Positions 17,788 through 26,329 of a DNA stretch of 54,649 nt are shown here, one piece after another (positions within the stretch are counted from its first letter, which is position 1; every line of letters starts with the position of its first letter). Origin of the DNA: Gemmatimonadota bacterium (lineage in GTDB: Bacteria > Gemmatimonadota > Gemmatimonadetes > Palauibacterales > Palauibacteraceae). The notes under the pieces are model-generated. The model saw nothing but the letters and a program-made list of their open reading frames with translations. It ran no database searches and was not told the DNA's origin. The DNA is taken from assembly GCA_039590175.1 (NCBI GenBank), contig JBDHFW010000001.1, positions 1-54,649 on the forward strand, in the 5' to 3' direction. The position numbers were made by a program, and so were the translations under genes.

Positions 17788-20133
17788 ATGACGAAGCACT
17801 TCTCAAGACTCGCGATCGCGGTGCTAGCCCTCTTGGCTGGCTGTACGCCGCAGGGAGCGGATCAGCAGGAGTCCGAGTCCTTCGCCAAATACGGACAGGA
17901 GTTCGAGGGAAAGATTGCGGAATCGTATGCGGAGTCCGAGGAGTGGTGGCCGACGCCGCCCAAGCCTCCGGCGGACACGCCCAACGTCATCATCTTCCTG
18001 CTCGACGACACCGGGTTCGGGCACCTCGGAAGCTTCGGCGGACTGATCGACACACCCAACATCGACCGCCTGGCGGCGAACGGGCTCCGCTACAACAACT
18101 TCCACACGACGGCCCTGTGCTCGCCCTCCCGAGCCGCGATCATGGCGGGGCGAAACCACCACCGGATCGGACTTGGCTCCCACTCGCTGACCGCGATGGG
18201 CTTCCCGGGCTACAACGCCTACCCGCCGGAGTCCGGCAAGTCGGTCGCCAAGCATCTGCAGAAGGCCGGGTTCGTCAACTACGCGATCGGCAAGTGGGAC
18301 CACACCCCGCTCTACGAGGTGTCCGAGAGCGGGCCGTTCGACCGCTGGCCGAGCGGCGAGGGCTTCGATCACTACTACGGCTTCATGGCCGCGGATGCGG
18401 ACAACTACCGGTCGCTGGTGTGGCGGGACCACTATCCGATCGAGGATTGGATGGGGAAGCCGGGCTACCACTGGAGCGAGGCGATGGCGGACGATGCGAT
18501 CCGCAACATCACCTCGCACGTCTCCGCGTCGCCGGACCGGCCGTTCATGATGTTCTGGGCGCCAGTCGCCATGCACTCGCCGCACCAGGCGCCGGCCGAG
18601 TACATCGAGCGCTACAAAGGCCAGTTCGACATGGGCTGGGATCGGGCCCGCGAGATGATCCACCAGCAGCAGCTGGAGATGGGGGTCATTCCCGAGGGCA
18701 CTCTCCTCACCGAGCGAACGGAAGAGATCCCGGCCTGGGACAGCCTGAACCCGGAGGAGCAGCGCCTGTACGCGCGCCAGATGGAGGTCTTCGCCGCCAT
18801 GCTCACCCACATGGACGAGCAGATAGGGCGGATCCTCGAGACTCTGGAGCGGACGGGACAGCTGGACAACACGCTCATCTTCGTCACCGCGGACAACGGC
18901 TCCTCGGGTGAAGGCGGACTGACGGGGAGCTTCAACGAGACGTATGTGCTCAACGGACTGCAGACGCCGTTCGACGCCAACATGGAGCACTACGACGGCT
19001 GGGGCGGCCCCGACACGTACCCGCACTTCCACGCCGGGTGGGCGCTCGCGGGGAACACGCCCTTCCAGTACTTCAAGCAAATCGTGCACCGCGGCGGGAT
19101 CCAGGACGCGATGGTCGTTCACTGGCCAGCCGGGATCCAGGCGAAGGGCGAGGTCCGGAACCAGTACCACCACATCATCGACATCGCGCCCACCATCCTC
19201 GACGTGACGGGGACGCCTTTCCTCGAGGTGCTGGACGGCGAGGAGCAGATGGAGATGGATGGGGTGAGCATGGCCTACTCATTCAACGACGCCGACGCGA
19301 CGACCGCCCACCCGGAGCAGTACTACGAGCTGTTCGGCAACCGCGCGATTTACCAGGACGGCTGGAAAGCGGTCACGATCCACGCGGGCCGCATGCCGTG
19401 GGACCTGAATCGCGTGGCCCCGTTCGAGGACGATGTCTGGGAGCTGTACAACCTGAACGAGGACTTCTCGGAGGCCGTCGACCTGGCCGATCAGAACCCC
19501 GAGGTGCTGGAGGCTCTCAAGGCACGCTGGGAGGAGCTGGCGTGGGAGAACAACGTGTATCCCCTGTACGACGACATGATCCAGCGGATCGCCAAGCAGC
19601 AGGGCCGCCTGTTCGGTGACCGCACGGAGTTCGTCTACTACAACCCGGGCGCCCGCCGCATCGCCGAGAAGGCCTCCGCCCCGGTCAAGGGCCTCTCGCA
19701 CGAGATCGAGACAAGGCTGAACCTGACCGGCGACGAGGAGGGTGTGATCGTGGCCGTGGGCGGGTTCACGGGCGGCTACACGCTGTTCATCAAGAACAAC
19801 CGGGCCTACTACGATTACAACTACTACAACGGGCTCTACTACACACTGGAATCGCCTCCGCTCGGCACGGGTGAGGTCAACATCCGCTTCAACTTCATCG
19901 AGGATGGCGGAACGACGGAGGGAATCCCCGGAGGCACAGGGGAGCTCTTCATCAACGGCGACAAGGTGGGCGAGGTCTCCATGCCGGAGATGCACATCTC
20001 CACATTCTCGCTCTCGGAGACCTTCGACGTCGGGGTCGATGCCGGCACGCCGGTCAGCGACAAATACAGTGTGACGAACCACTTCCCGTACACGGGCGAG
20101 CTGGACAAGGTGATCGTCCGCCTTACGAACTGA
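17788..20133 (+). CDS. Arylsulfatase (Cys-type sulfatase family), lipoprotein-like signal
   Basis: NVIIFLLDDTGFGHLGSFGG and TTALCSPSRAAIMAGRNHH (the C-x-P-x-R formylglycine motif). Lipobox-like LLAGC. A GGAG SD-like element lies upstream. Confidence 0.9.
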   Translation: MTKHFSRLAIAVLALLAGCTPQGADQQESESFAKYGQEFEGKIAESYAESEEWWPTPPKPPADTPNVIIFLLDDTGFGHLGSFGGLIDTPNIDRLAANGLRYNNFHTTALCSPSRAAIMAGRNHHRIGLGSHSLTAMGFPGYNAYPPESGKSVAKHLQKAGFVNYAIGKWDHTPLYEVSESGPFDRWPSGEGFDHYYGFMAADADNYRSLVWRDHYPIEDWMGKPGYHWSEAMADDAIRNITSHVSASPDRPFMMFWAPVAMHSPHQAPAEYIERYKGQFDMGWDRAREMIHQQQLEMGVIPEGTLLTERTEEIPAWDSLNPEEQRLYARQMEVFAAMLTHMDEQIGRILETLERTGQLDNTLIFVTADNGSSGEGGLTGSFNETYVLNGLQTPFDANMEHYDGWGGPDTYPHFHAGWALAGNTPFQYFKQIVHRGGIQDAMVVHWPAGIQAKGEVRNQYHHIIDIAPTILDVTGTPFLEVLDGEEQMEMDGVSMAYSFNDADATTAHPEQYYELFGNRAIYQDGWKAVTIHAGRMPWDLNRVAPFEDDVWELYNLNEDFSEAVDLADQNPEVLEALKARWEELAWENNVYPLYDDMIQRIAKQQGRLFGDRTEFVYYNPGARRIAEKASAPVKGLSHEIETRLNLTGDEEGVIVAVGGFTGGYTLFIKNNRAYYDYNYYNGLYYTLESPPLGTGEVNIRFNFIEDGGTTEGIPGGTGELFINGDKVGEVSMPEMHISTFSLSETFDVGVDAGTPVSDKYSVTNHFPYTGELDKVIVRLTN

Positions 20134-20207
20134 CCGGAGGCTTCACCGGCCCTGTCCGCGGGCCTGCTGGTCTCGCGTGACGGGCCGGTCGTAGCCATCG
20201 TTCTCGG

Positions 20208-21134
20208 GTGAAGACCTTATCTTTGTTAATCCTGCGGGCGGCGATCGCCCTAGTGGCGATCGCTCTCGCGACCGCCACCGCCAGTGCCCAGGAGCTAGAG
20301 CCGAGGCTGTTCTCGCCCGCGCCGACCGGCATGAACATCGTCCTCGGCGCCTTCGGCTACTCGTTCGGCAACATTCTGCTCGACCCGGCCGTGCCGGTGG
20401 AGGATCTTGACGCCCGTCTGGCGATCTTCACGGCCGGCTACGTGCGGACACTTAACGTGTTCGGCGCTTCGGCCAAGATCGACGCGATCCTCCCCGTCGT
20501 AGGAGGCGACTGGAAAGCGGTGCTCGACGGGCAGGACACGACGCGCTCGGCTACCGGGCTCGGAGACGCGCGAGTCCGCTTTTCCGTCCTGTTCAGCGGT
20601 GCGCCGGCACTGAGCCGGAAGGAATTCGCCTCGTACAAGCCGGGGACGATCGTCGGAGGCGGGCTTCAAGTGTGGGTGCCGCTGGGTCAGTACGATCCTG
20701 ACCGGCTCCTCAACCTGGGCTCGAACCGTTGGGTGTTCCGTCCGCAGCTGGGCGTGTCGCAGACGCTTGCCCGCTGGGTTTTGGAAGCCGCGGCCGCCGC
20801 CTGGTTCTACACGGACAACACGAACTTCTTCGGTGGGGACACGCTGTCGCAGAATCCGATCGCCGCCCTGCAGGGCCACGTGACGTATCAGTTCGGCCAG
20901 GGTTTCTGGGCTGCCGCGGACGCGGGCTACGGGCGCGGCGGCCAGACGTCCGTCAACGACGAGGAGAAGGACACTCGGATCAGCAACTGGCGGCTCGGCG
21001 TGACGCTCGCGTTCCCGATCTCGAGCCACGACTCGATAAAGTTAGCGTTCATCTCGGGCCTGAGAGCCGGGAAGGGCGCCGATTACAGCACGATTCTCGG
21101 GGCCTATCAGTACCGCTGGTTCGACGGTCTATAG
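20208..21134 (+). CDS. Outer-membrane transporter of the MetA-pathway/phenol-degradation-like family
   Basis: Signal peptide ...ATATASAQE followed directly by LEPRLFSPAPTGMN..., the characteristic N-terminus of this OMP family. About 300 aa with a beta-strand pattern. GTG start. Confidence 0.65.
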   Translation: MKTLSLLILRAAIALVAIALATATASAQELEPRLFSPAPTGMNIVLGAFGYSFGNILLDPAVPVEDLDARLAIFTAGYVRTLNVFGASAKIDAILPVVGGDWKAVLDGQDTTRSATGLGDARVRFSVLFSGAPALSRKEFASYKPGTIVGGGLQVWVPLGQYDPDRLLNLGSNRWVFRPQLGVSQTLARWVLEAAAAAWFYTDNTNFFGGDTLSQNPIAALQGHVTYQFGQGFWAAADAGYGRGGQTSVNDEEKDTRISNWRLGVTLAFPISSHDSIKLAFISGLRAGKGADYSTILGAYQYRWFDGL

Positions 21135-21385
21135 CCGTTTCTTTCACCCGGCAGGATAGACACCAAGAGGAGGCACCGATGGAGGTATCGAGCAGTCTGC
21201 TGGTCGCCGTCATGTTCATCATCATCCTGAGCATGTGGATCGGTCACATCTTGGTCGCCGCGGCCGCGATGGTCGATCGACGCCCTGCACGTGAACTGGA
21301 CGCTTCTCCTGCTGCTCGTCTACTTCAACCTCTTCTGGCACACGCTCGATCTGCTGACCACCGATCTGAGGTGCGGTGCCGGCCC

Positions 21386-21754
21386 TCACGCCCTCGGCGC
21401 TTGCCCGAGCTCGCCTACTGAGTACAGCCACCAGGTCCAGTGGGCCTTGATGTGCCGGTAGGTCAGGAGTAGGGCCGCGGCGGCGGCCAGGACCGAGGCC
21501 CAGGTGCCCCAGGGCGAGTAGCCGAACCGCCAGAACAGGAAGGCGAAGGCGCCGAGGCCGGTCAGGCCGCTGATCGTATAGCCGAGGATGATCGGGCCTC
21601 CGTAGTGCGCGCCGTGTTGGCCTACCAGATCCAGCCCGCATTCGGGGCACCGTTCGCGGAGTGCGTATCTTCCTCCGAACAGTGGTCCGTCGCCGCAAGC
21701 GGGGCAGCGATGCCGGAAGGTCGTGCGGAGCATGCCGCGAACGTCACCGCGCAT
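21386..21754 (-). CDS. DUF983 domain membrane protein
   Basis: Zinc-ribbon CPACGDGPLF...CPECGLDL followed by two TM helices. The architecture and length are typical of DUF983. Confidence 0.7.
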   Translation of the reverse strand: MRGDVRGMLRTTFRHRCPACGDGPLFGGRYALRERCPECGLDLVGQHGAHYGGPIILGYTISGLTGLGAFAFLFWRFGYSPWGTWASVLAAAAALLLTYRHIKAHWTWWLYSVGELGQAPRA

Positions 21755-21868
21755 GGGCTGCGGTCGTTATCGAGGAGTGCGACAGGAGCATTGCGGCAGC
21801 ATTGAAAGGTTGGTAGGGAGCTGGAATGGGTCCCTGCCGCGGACCGTCACTCTTCGATCGTCGCTCAC

Positions 21869-21912
21869 GGTACCAAGTATGGAACCACCGAGATGGTACC
21901 GCATGTGGTACC
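21869..21912. promoter_or_regulatory. Two tandem hexamer-N6-hexamer sites (GGTACC-N6-GGAACC and GGTACC-N6-GGTACC) in the DUF983/proC divergent intergenic region; candidate operator
   Basis: Read directly. Site B is part of the 22-bp near-perfect palindrome ATGGTACCgCATGtGGTACCAT (21893-21914). The sites lie 26 bp apart, about 105 nt upstream of proC. Confidence 0.35.
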
Positions 21913-22019
21913 ATCTTGGCTGTCCGAAGGCTGACGGTCTCGGCAGAGTAAACTGCGCATGGAGCATGGAAGTAGGTTCGGTAAGTGCGATCCCTCTCGC
22001 CACTGAAGGATTATCAGAG

Positions 22020-22847
22020 ATGACGATGATGGAAGAGCCGAAGACGAGCAACGTAGCGATCTTGGGCGGCGGCAACATCGGCCAGGCGCTGGCCAGAGGG
22101 TGGGTGGCATCCTGGAAGTGCGATCCGGGGCAGATCACCATCACGAGACGCCACGCCGAGGCGCTCGCGCCCCTCGGCGAGCAGGGCTTCGCCGTCACGA
22201 CCGATAACGCCGAGGCGGTACGGCGGGCCGACGCGGTTGTCGTCGCCGTTCAGCCGCAGCAGTTGGTGGGGCTTCTGGAGGAGGTCCGCGACGTCCTCAA
22301 ACCCGACCGCCATGTCCTGATCTCGGTGGTCTCCGATGTGAGGATCGCAGATATCCGGGAGCACCTCGGCGCGCCCGTCCCGATAGCCAGGGCGATGCCG
22401 AACACCGCGATCGGCATCTGCGAGTCGATGACCTGTCTTGCCGGCGAGGTCGGCTCCGAGGTGCTGGAGAAGGCGACCTCGCTCTTCGATGCGGTGGGGA
22501 AGACGCTCGTGATCGACGAGGAGCTGATGACGAGCGCCACCGCGACCTGTGCCTGCGGCATCGCGTTCTTCCTCCGCTCGATTCGAGCAGCCTCGCAAGG
22601 CGGGATCGAGATCGGTTTCCATCCCGAAGAGGCGATGCTGCTGGCCGCTCAGACCGCCAAGGGCGCTGCCTCCCTACTCCTGAACGCGGAGAGCCACCCC
22701 GAGGCGGAGATCGATCGCGTGACCACTCCCCGCGGCTGCACGATCGCCGGCCTCAACGAGATGGAGCACCAGGGGTTCAGCTCCGCGATGATCAAGGGCA
22801 TCCTGGTCTCGGCCGAGAAGGCGGCCGGGCTCTTCGAAGAGACGTGA
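22020..22847 (+). CDS. proC: Pyrroline-5-carboxylate reductase
   Basis: NVAILGGGNIGQAL Rossmann motif, RAMPNTA, and the C-terminal VTTPRGCTIAGL signature. Start at MTMMEEPK with GAAGGA upstream. The 374-aa track ORF is an N-terminal over-extension. Confidence 0.85.
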   Translation: MTMMEEPKTSNVAILGGGNIGQALARGWVASWKCDPGQITITRRHAEALAPLGEQGFAVTTDNAEAVRRADAVVVAVQPQQLVGLLEEVRDVLKPDRHVLISVVSDVRIADIREHLGAPVPIARAMPNTAIGICESMTCLAGEVGSEVLEKATSLFDAVGKTLVIDEELMTSATATCACGIAFFLRSIRAASQGGIEIGFHPEEAMLLAAQTAKGAASLLLNAESHPEAEIDRVTTPRGCTIAGLNEMEHQGFSSAMIKGILVSAEKAAGLFEET

Positions 22848-22890
22848 ACAGAGGCGGCGGCCGGCGCAGCGCTTGCGAGCGACGCGGCGG

Positions 22891-24129
22891 CTAAAGGCCG
22901 AAGCGCTTCGCCACGGCCTCGAGGTCGGGCGAGATGGCCTCCGGACGTTCGACCGGACGGCTGGCGGCGGGAACGTCCTTGAGACCGGTACCGGTGATCA
23001 GGAGGACGATCCGCTCGTCGCGTTCGACCAGGCCTTCCTCCAGAGCCGGGTAGAGGCCGGCTAGCGCCGCCGCGCCGGCGGGCTCTGCGAACACGCCCGT
23101 GTGACGAGCCAGGAAGGGGATGGCGTCGAGGATGTCGTCATCCGACACGGCGACCGCCCCGCCCGCCGATTCCCGGATGCGCTTTAGACAGAGGATCGCG
23201 TTGCGCGGAGTCTGTACCGTCAGGCTGTCCGCGACGCTGGCTGCATCCGGCACCGGCGTAACCGTCTCGGCGCCATGCCTGAAGGCGGTCACGATCCCGG
23301 CCGACCCCTCCGGTTGGACGGCGACCAGTCGAGGCATGCGAGCCAGCAGCCCGGCTCGCACGAGGTCCCCGAACCCCTTGGCGGCACCGGCCAGGATCGC
23401 CCCGTCTCCGGTTGGCACGAAGACGACGTCGGGAGGCTCGGGCGTCATGGCGGCGGCGATCTCGAGCGCGACGGTCTTCTTGCCCTCGATCGTAAACGGG
23501 TTGAGGGCCGTGTTGCGGTTGTACCAGCCGAAGGCGTCGCACGCCTCCAGGCAGAGATCGAAGGCGTCGTCGTAGCTACCCTGCACTCGCACCACGTCCG
23601 CCCCGTAGCAGAGGAGCTGGACCAGCTTGGCCTCCGGCGCGGACGCCGGCACGAAGACCACCGCTCGGACGCCGGCGGAGGCTCCGACGGCGGCCAGCGC
23701 GGCGGCGGCATTGCCGGTGGAGGCCGTCGCGACCGTCTCGTATCCGTATTCCCTGGCCTTGGTGACGACGAGAAGGGAGGCTCGATCCTTCGTGGACCCG
23801 CTCGGATTCCGCGTGTCGTCCTTGATCCAAAGCCGTGGCAGGTCCAGAGCCTCTCGCAGGCCGGGAGCCGGCAGCAGCGGCGTGCCGCCGACGTCCAGGG
23901 GCGGCACCGCGGAAGGATCCGAGAACGGGAGGAAAGCCGCGAGGAAGTCGGTGTCGGAGAGCCGGGCCTTCGGCCACCCTGTCGGCAGCGTGTCCAGCTC
24001 GATCTCGAGCACCCCGCGCGTCGGTCCACCGGGCGCCTGAAGGGCGGCGCACGCCTCGCAGACCAGGAGCGCCGGCTGCTCCGCGTACGCCCGGCCGCAC
24101 TCGCAGCAGCGAAGCCGGAAGCCGCTCAC
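22891..24129 (-). CDS. Threonine-synthase-like fold-type-II PLP enzyme with an N-terminal zinc ribbon (last gene of the operon)
   Basis: CCECG...x12...CEAC ribbon. PLP-lysine context NPSGSTKDRAS. ATASTGNAAAALA. GTG start overlapping the ygeW-like stop (GTGA). Confidence 0.7.
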   Translation of the reverse strand: MSGFRLRCCECGRAYAEQPALLVCEACAALQAPGGPTRGVLEIELDTLPTGWPKARLSDTDFLAAFLPFSDPSAVPPLDVGGTPLLPAPGLREALDLPRLWIKDDTRNPSGSTKDRASLLVVTKAREYGYETVATASTGNAAAALAAVGASAGVRAVVFVPASAPEAKLVQLLCYGADVVRVQGSYDDAFDLCLEACDAFGWYNRNTALNPFTIEGKKTVALEIAAAMTPEPPDVVFVPTGDGAILAGAAKGFGDLVRAGLLARMPRLVAVQPEGSAGIVTAFRHGAETVTPVPDAASVADSLTVQTPRNAILCLKRIRESAGGAVAVSDDDILDAIPFLARHTGVFAEPAGAAALAGLYPALEEGLVERDERIVLLITGTGLKDVPAASRPVERPEAISPDLEAVAKRFGL

Positions 24130-25115
24130 ATCACCAGCGCCATGAGAGCCTTCTGCACGTGAAGCCGGTTCTCGGCCTCGTCGTACACGACCGAGTGGGG
24201 CCCGTCGATCACCTCGTCCGTGACCTCTCGGCCGCGGTCCGCGGGCAGCGGGTGCATGTAGATGAGGTGTCCCTTGCCGAGAGCGACGCGCTCGGCGTCA
24301 CACCGCCAATCGGGATATTTTTCGATCAGGCGAAGCCTCTCCGCCGTATCCCCGGTGTGGACGAGAGGCCCCCAGGACTTCGGGACCACCACGTCCGCAT
24401 CCTCGAACGCCTCTTCGAGCGTGTGCGTGATCCGAAACTGGCCTCCGGCGGCTTCCGCGTTCGCTTTCGCCTGCTCCTCGATCTCCGGCATGAGCCGAAA
24501 CTCGGGCGGGTACGCCAGCGTCACGTCCAGCCCGAAGCGCGGCATCATCAGAACGAGGCTTTGCGGCACGGAGATCGGCCGCACGTAGTTGGGAGCGCTC
24601 GTCCACGCCACGCCGATCTTCAGGCCTCGCGTGTCCGCGAATCGCTCCCGGATCGTCATGTAGTCGGCCAGGATCTGGCAGGGATGGTAGAGGTCGTCCT
24701 GCATGCTGAGGACCGGGATCTCGGCGTGCTCCGAGACTTCCCGGATATAGGCGTTCCCCTCTCCGTGCGTGCAGTGCCGGATGGCGATCCCCTCTCCGTA
24801 CCTCGAGAGGACGTTGGCCGTGTCCTTGGCGTTCTCTCCATGGCTGATCTGCATGCGGTGGGGGGAGAGATAGACGCCGTGTCCGCCCAGCTGCGTGATT
24901 CCGGTCTCAAAGGAGTTCCGCGTTCGAGTCGAGGGGTCGAAGAAGATCATGTACAGCGTCTTGTCAGGGAGCAGAGGTGTCCTTTCGCCCGCCTTCTTGG
25001 CCCGCTTGAGCTGCTCGGCGAGAATGAAGAGCGTGTCAAGCTCCTCGAGCGTCCAGTCCTGCGTCGAGATGAAGTCGCGGCCCTTGAGGCCTGGTGGGAT
25101 GACGATCTCTCTCAC
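24126..25115 (-). CDS. ygeW: YgeW-type carbamoyltransferase (ATCase/OTCase superfamily)
   Basis: STRTRNSFE, QISHGENAKDTANVLS, GEGNAYIREV, HPCQ, AWTSAPNYVRPISVPQ, RFGLDVTLAYPPEF, AFEDADVVVPKSWGP, YPDWRCD and LIYMHPLPAD parallel E. coli YgeW motif by motif. At 329 aa it is shorter than my recollection of YgeW. GTG start in a GTGA overlap with the ygeY stop. Confidence 0.7.
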   Translation of the reverse strand: MREIVIPPGLKGRDFISTQDWTLEELDTLFILAEQLKRAKKAGERTPLLPDKTLYMIFFDPSTRTRNSFETGITQLGGHGVYLSPHRMQISHGENAKDTANVLSRYGEGIAIRHCTHGEGNAYIREVSEHAEIPVLSMQDDLYHPCQILADYMTIRERFADTRGLKIGVAWTSAPNYVRPISVPQSLVLMMPRFGLDVTLAYPPEFRLMPEIEEQAKANAEAAGGQFRITHTLEEAFEDADVVVPKSWGPLVHTGDTAERLRLIEKYPDWRCDAERVALGKGHLIYMHPLPADRGREVTDEVIDGPHSVVYDEAENRLHVQKALMALVM

Positions 25116-26329
25116 GGGGTGAGCTCTTCCTCGAGCGAGGCCAGGAAGGCCGGGATCAGGCTGTAGACGGCGGTCGCCCGCACCAGATCCTCCACCGCGA
25201 CCCACTCTCCGGTGGTGTGGGAGAGCTCTTCGAGACCAGGCGCGAAGCCTACCGTCGGGATGCCGTGCCGGCCCATCGTGGCCACGCCGTTCGTCGAGAA
25301 GGACCAGCGGGAGATGGCCGGAGGCGAGCCCAGCACGGCCTCCACGGCACCGGCCACGCCACGCACGAGCGGATGCCCCTCGGGAAGCACCCAGCTCGGA
25401 AAGAACTTCTCCTGCCGGGCAAGCTCTCCACGCCAACTCACCTCGTCGTACTGAAGAAGCTCCACCTCCGCATCGCCCAGATGGGGAAGGGAGCGCAGCT
25501 CGTCGAGGGCCGCGTCGGCTGACTCGCCGGCGGTGAGTCGGCGATCGATGTTGATGCGCGCGCCCTCCGGCACCGCGTTCAGCGACACGGTGGTGCACTC
25601 GATGTTCGAGACCACGACCGTGCCCTTGCCGAGGAAATCGTCGGAGGGGAGGCGGTCGTTCAGCGCTTCGACGTCGGAGATGATCGGCGCCAGCTTGTAC
25701 AGCGCGTTCACTCCCTCCTCGGGATGGGCCGCGTGCGAGGATCGCCCCTTGGTCGAGATGGTGGCCTCCACACGACCGCGCTGGCCTCGATAGACGCCGA
25801 GATCGGTGGGCTCCCCGATGACAACGACGTCCGGCCGGATGCCTTCCTGCTCGATCAGGTGGAGGAGGCAGTAGCCGTCGCAGTCCTCCTCCATCACCGA
25901 GGCCGTGAGATAGAGCGTGACGTTCTCCGGCAGGCCGCGGGATTGGGCGAGCGCTGCCCCATAGGCCATGCACGCGATCGCCGGCAGCTCATCGACCGCT
26001 CCTCTACCCCAGACCTTTCCCTCTTCCAGCTTCCCCTCAAACGGATCATGCTCCCAGGCGTCACGATCCCCTACGCCGACGCAGTCGATGTGACCGTCCA
26101 TGAGGATCGTGAACGGCCCGTTTCCGATCCTCGCGACCACGTTGCCGAGCCGGTCGAATCCGACCTCGTCGAAGCCTAGCTTCTCGTACTCCCACCGAAC
26201 CCGCTCGCAGCGCTCGCCCTCCCGCCGGCTTTCGGCGGGGATGGCGATCATGTCGCGCAGAAAGCGAACGATCTCCCCCTCGAGGCGCCCCGCGTCCTCC
26301 AGGGCCGCTCGCCCCTCGTTATCCGCCAT
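25112..26329 (-). CDS. ygeY: YgeY-family M20 metallohydrolase
   Basis: FLRDMIAIPAES, DGHIDCVGVG, MEEDCDGYC, VYRGQRGR, RWSFSTNGVATMGRHGIPTVGFAPG: a near-collinear motif match to E. coli YgeY. Confidence 0.8.
   Translation of the reverse strand: MADNEGRAALEDAGRLEGEIVRFLRDMIAIPAESRREGERCERVRWEYEKLGFDEVGFDRLGNVVARIGNGPFTILMDGHIDCVGVGDRDAWEHDPFEGKLEEGKVWGRGAVDELPAIACMAYGAALAQSRGLPENVTLYLTASVMEEDCDGYCLLHLIEQEGIRPDVVVIGEPTDLGVYRGQRGRVEATISTKGRSSHAAHPEEGVNALYKLAPIISDVEALNDRLPSDDFLGKGTVVVSNIECTTVSLNAVPEGARINIDRRLTAGESADAALDELRSLPHLGDAEVELLQYDEVSWRGELARQEKFFPSWVLPEGHPLVRGVAGAVEAVLGSPPAISRWSFSTNGVATMGRHGIPTVGFAPGLEELSHTTGEWVAVEDLVRATAVYSLIPAFLASLEEELTP

Noticed and set aside
25116-25973. The N-terminal 286 codons of the 615-aa ORF 24126..25973, which would extend the carbamoyltransferase.
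   Set aside because: This region overlaps ygeY in another frame and reads as Arg/Gly/Pro low-complexity sequence. Carbamoyltransferase homology begins right after the GTG at 25115, which forms a GTGA overlap with the ygeY stop. The over-extensions of proC (21723), crtY (44816), crtE (45700), crtI (47111), the Mo hydroxylase (35352), the OMP (35180) and ssnA (29220) were trimmed for the same reasons.
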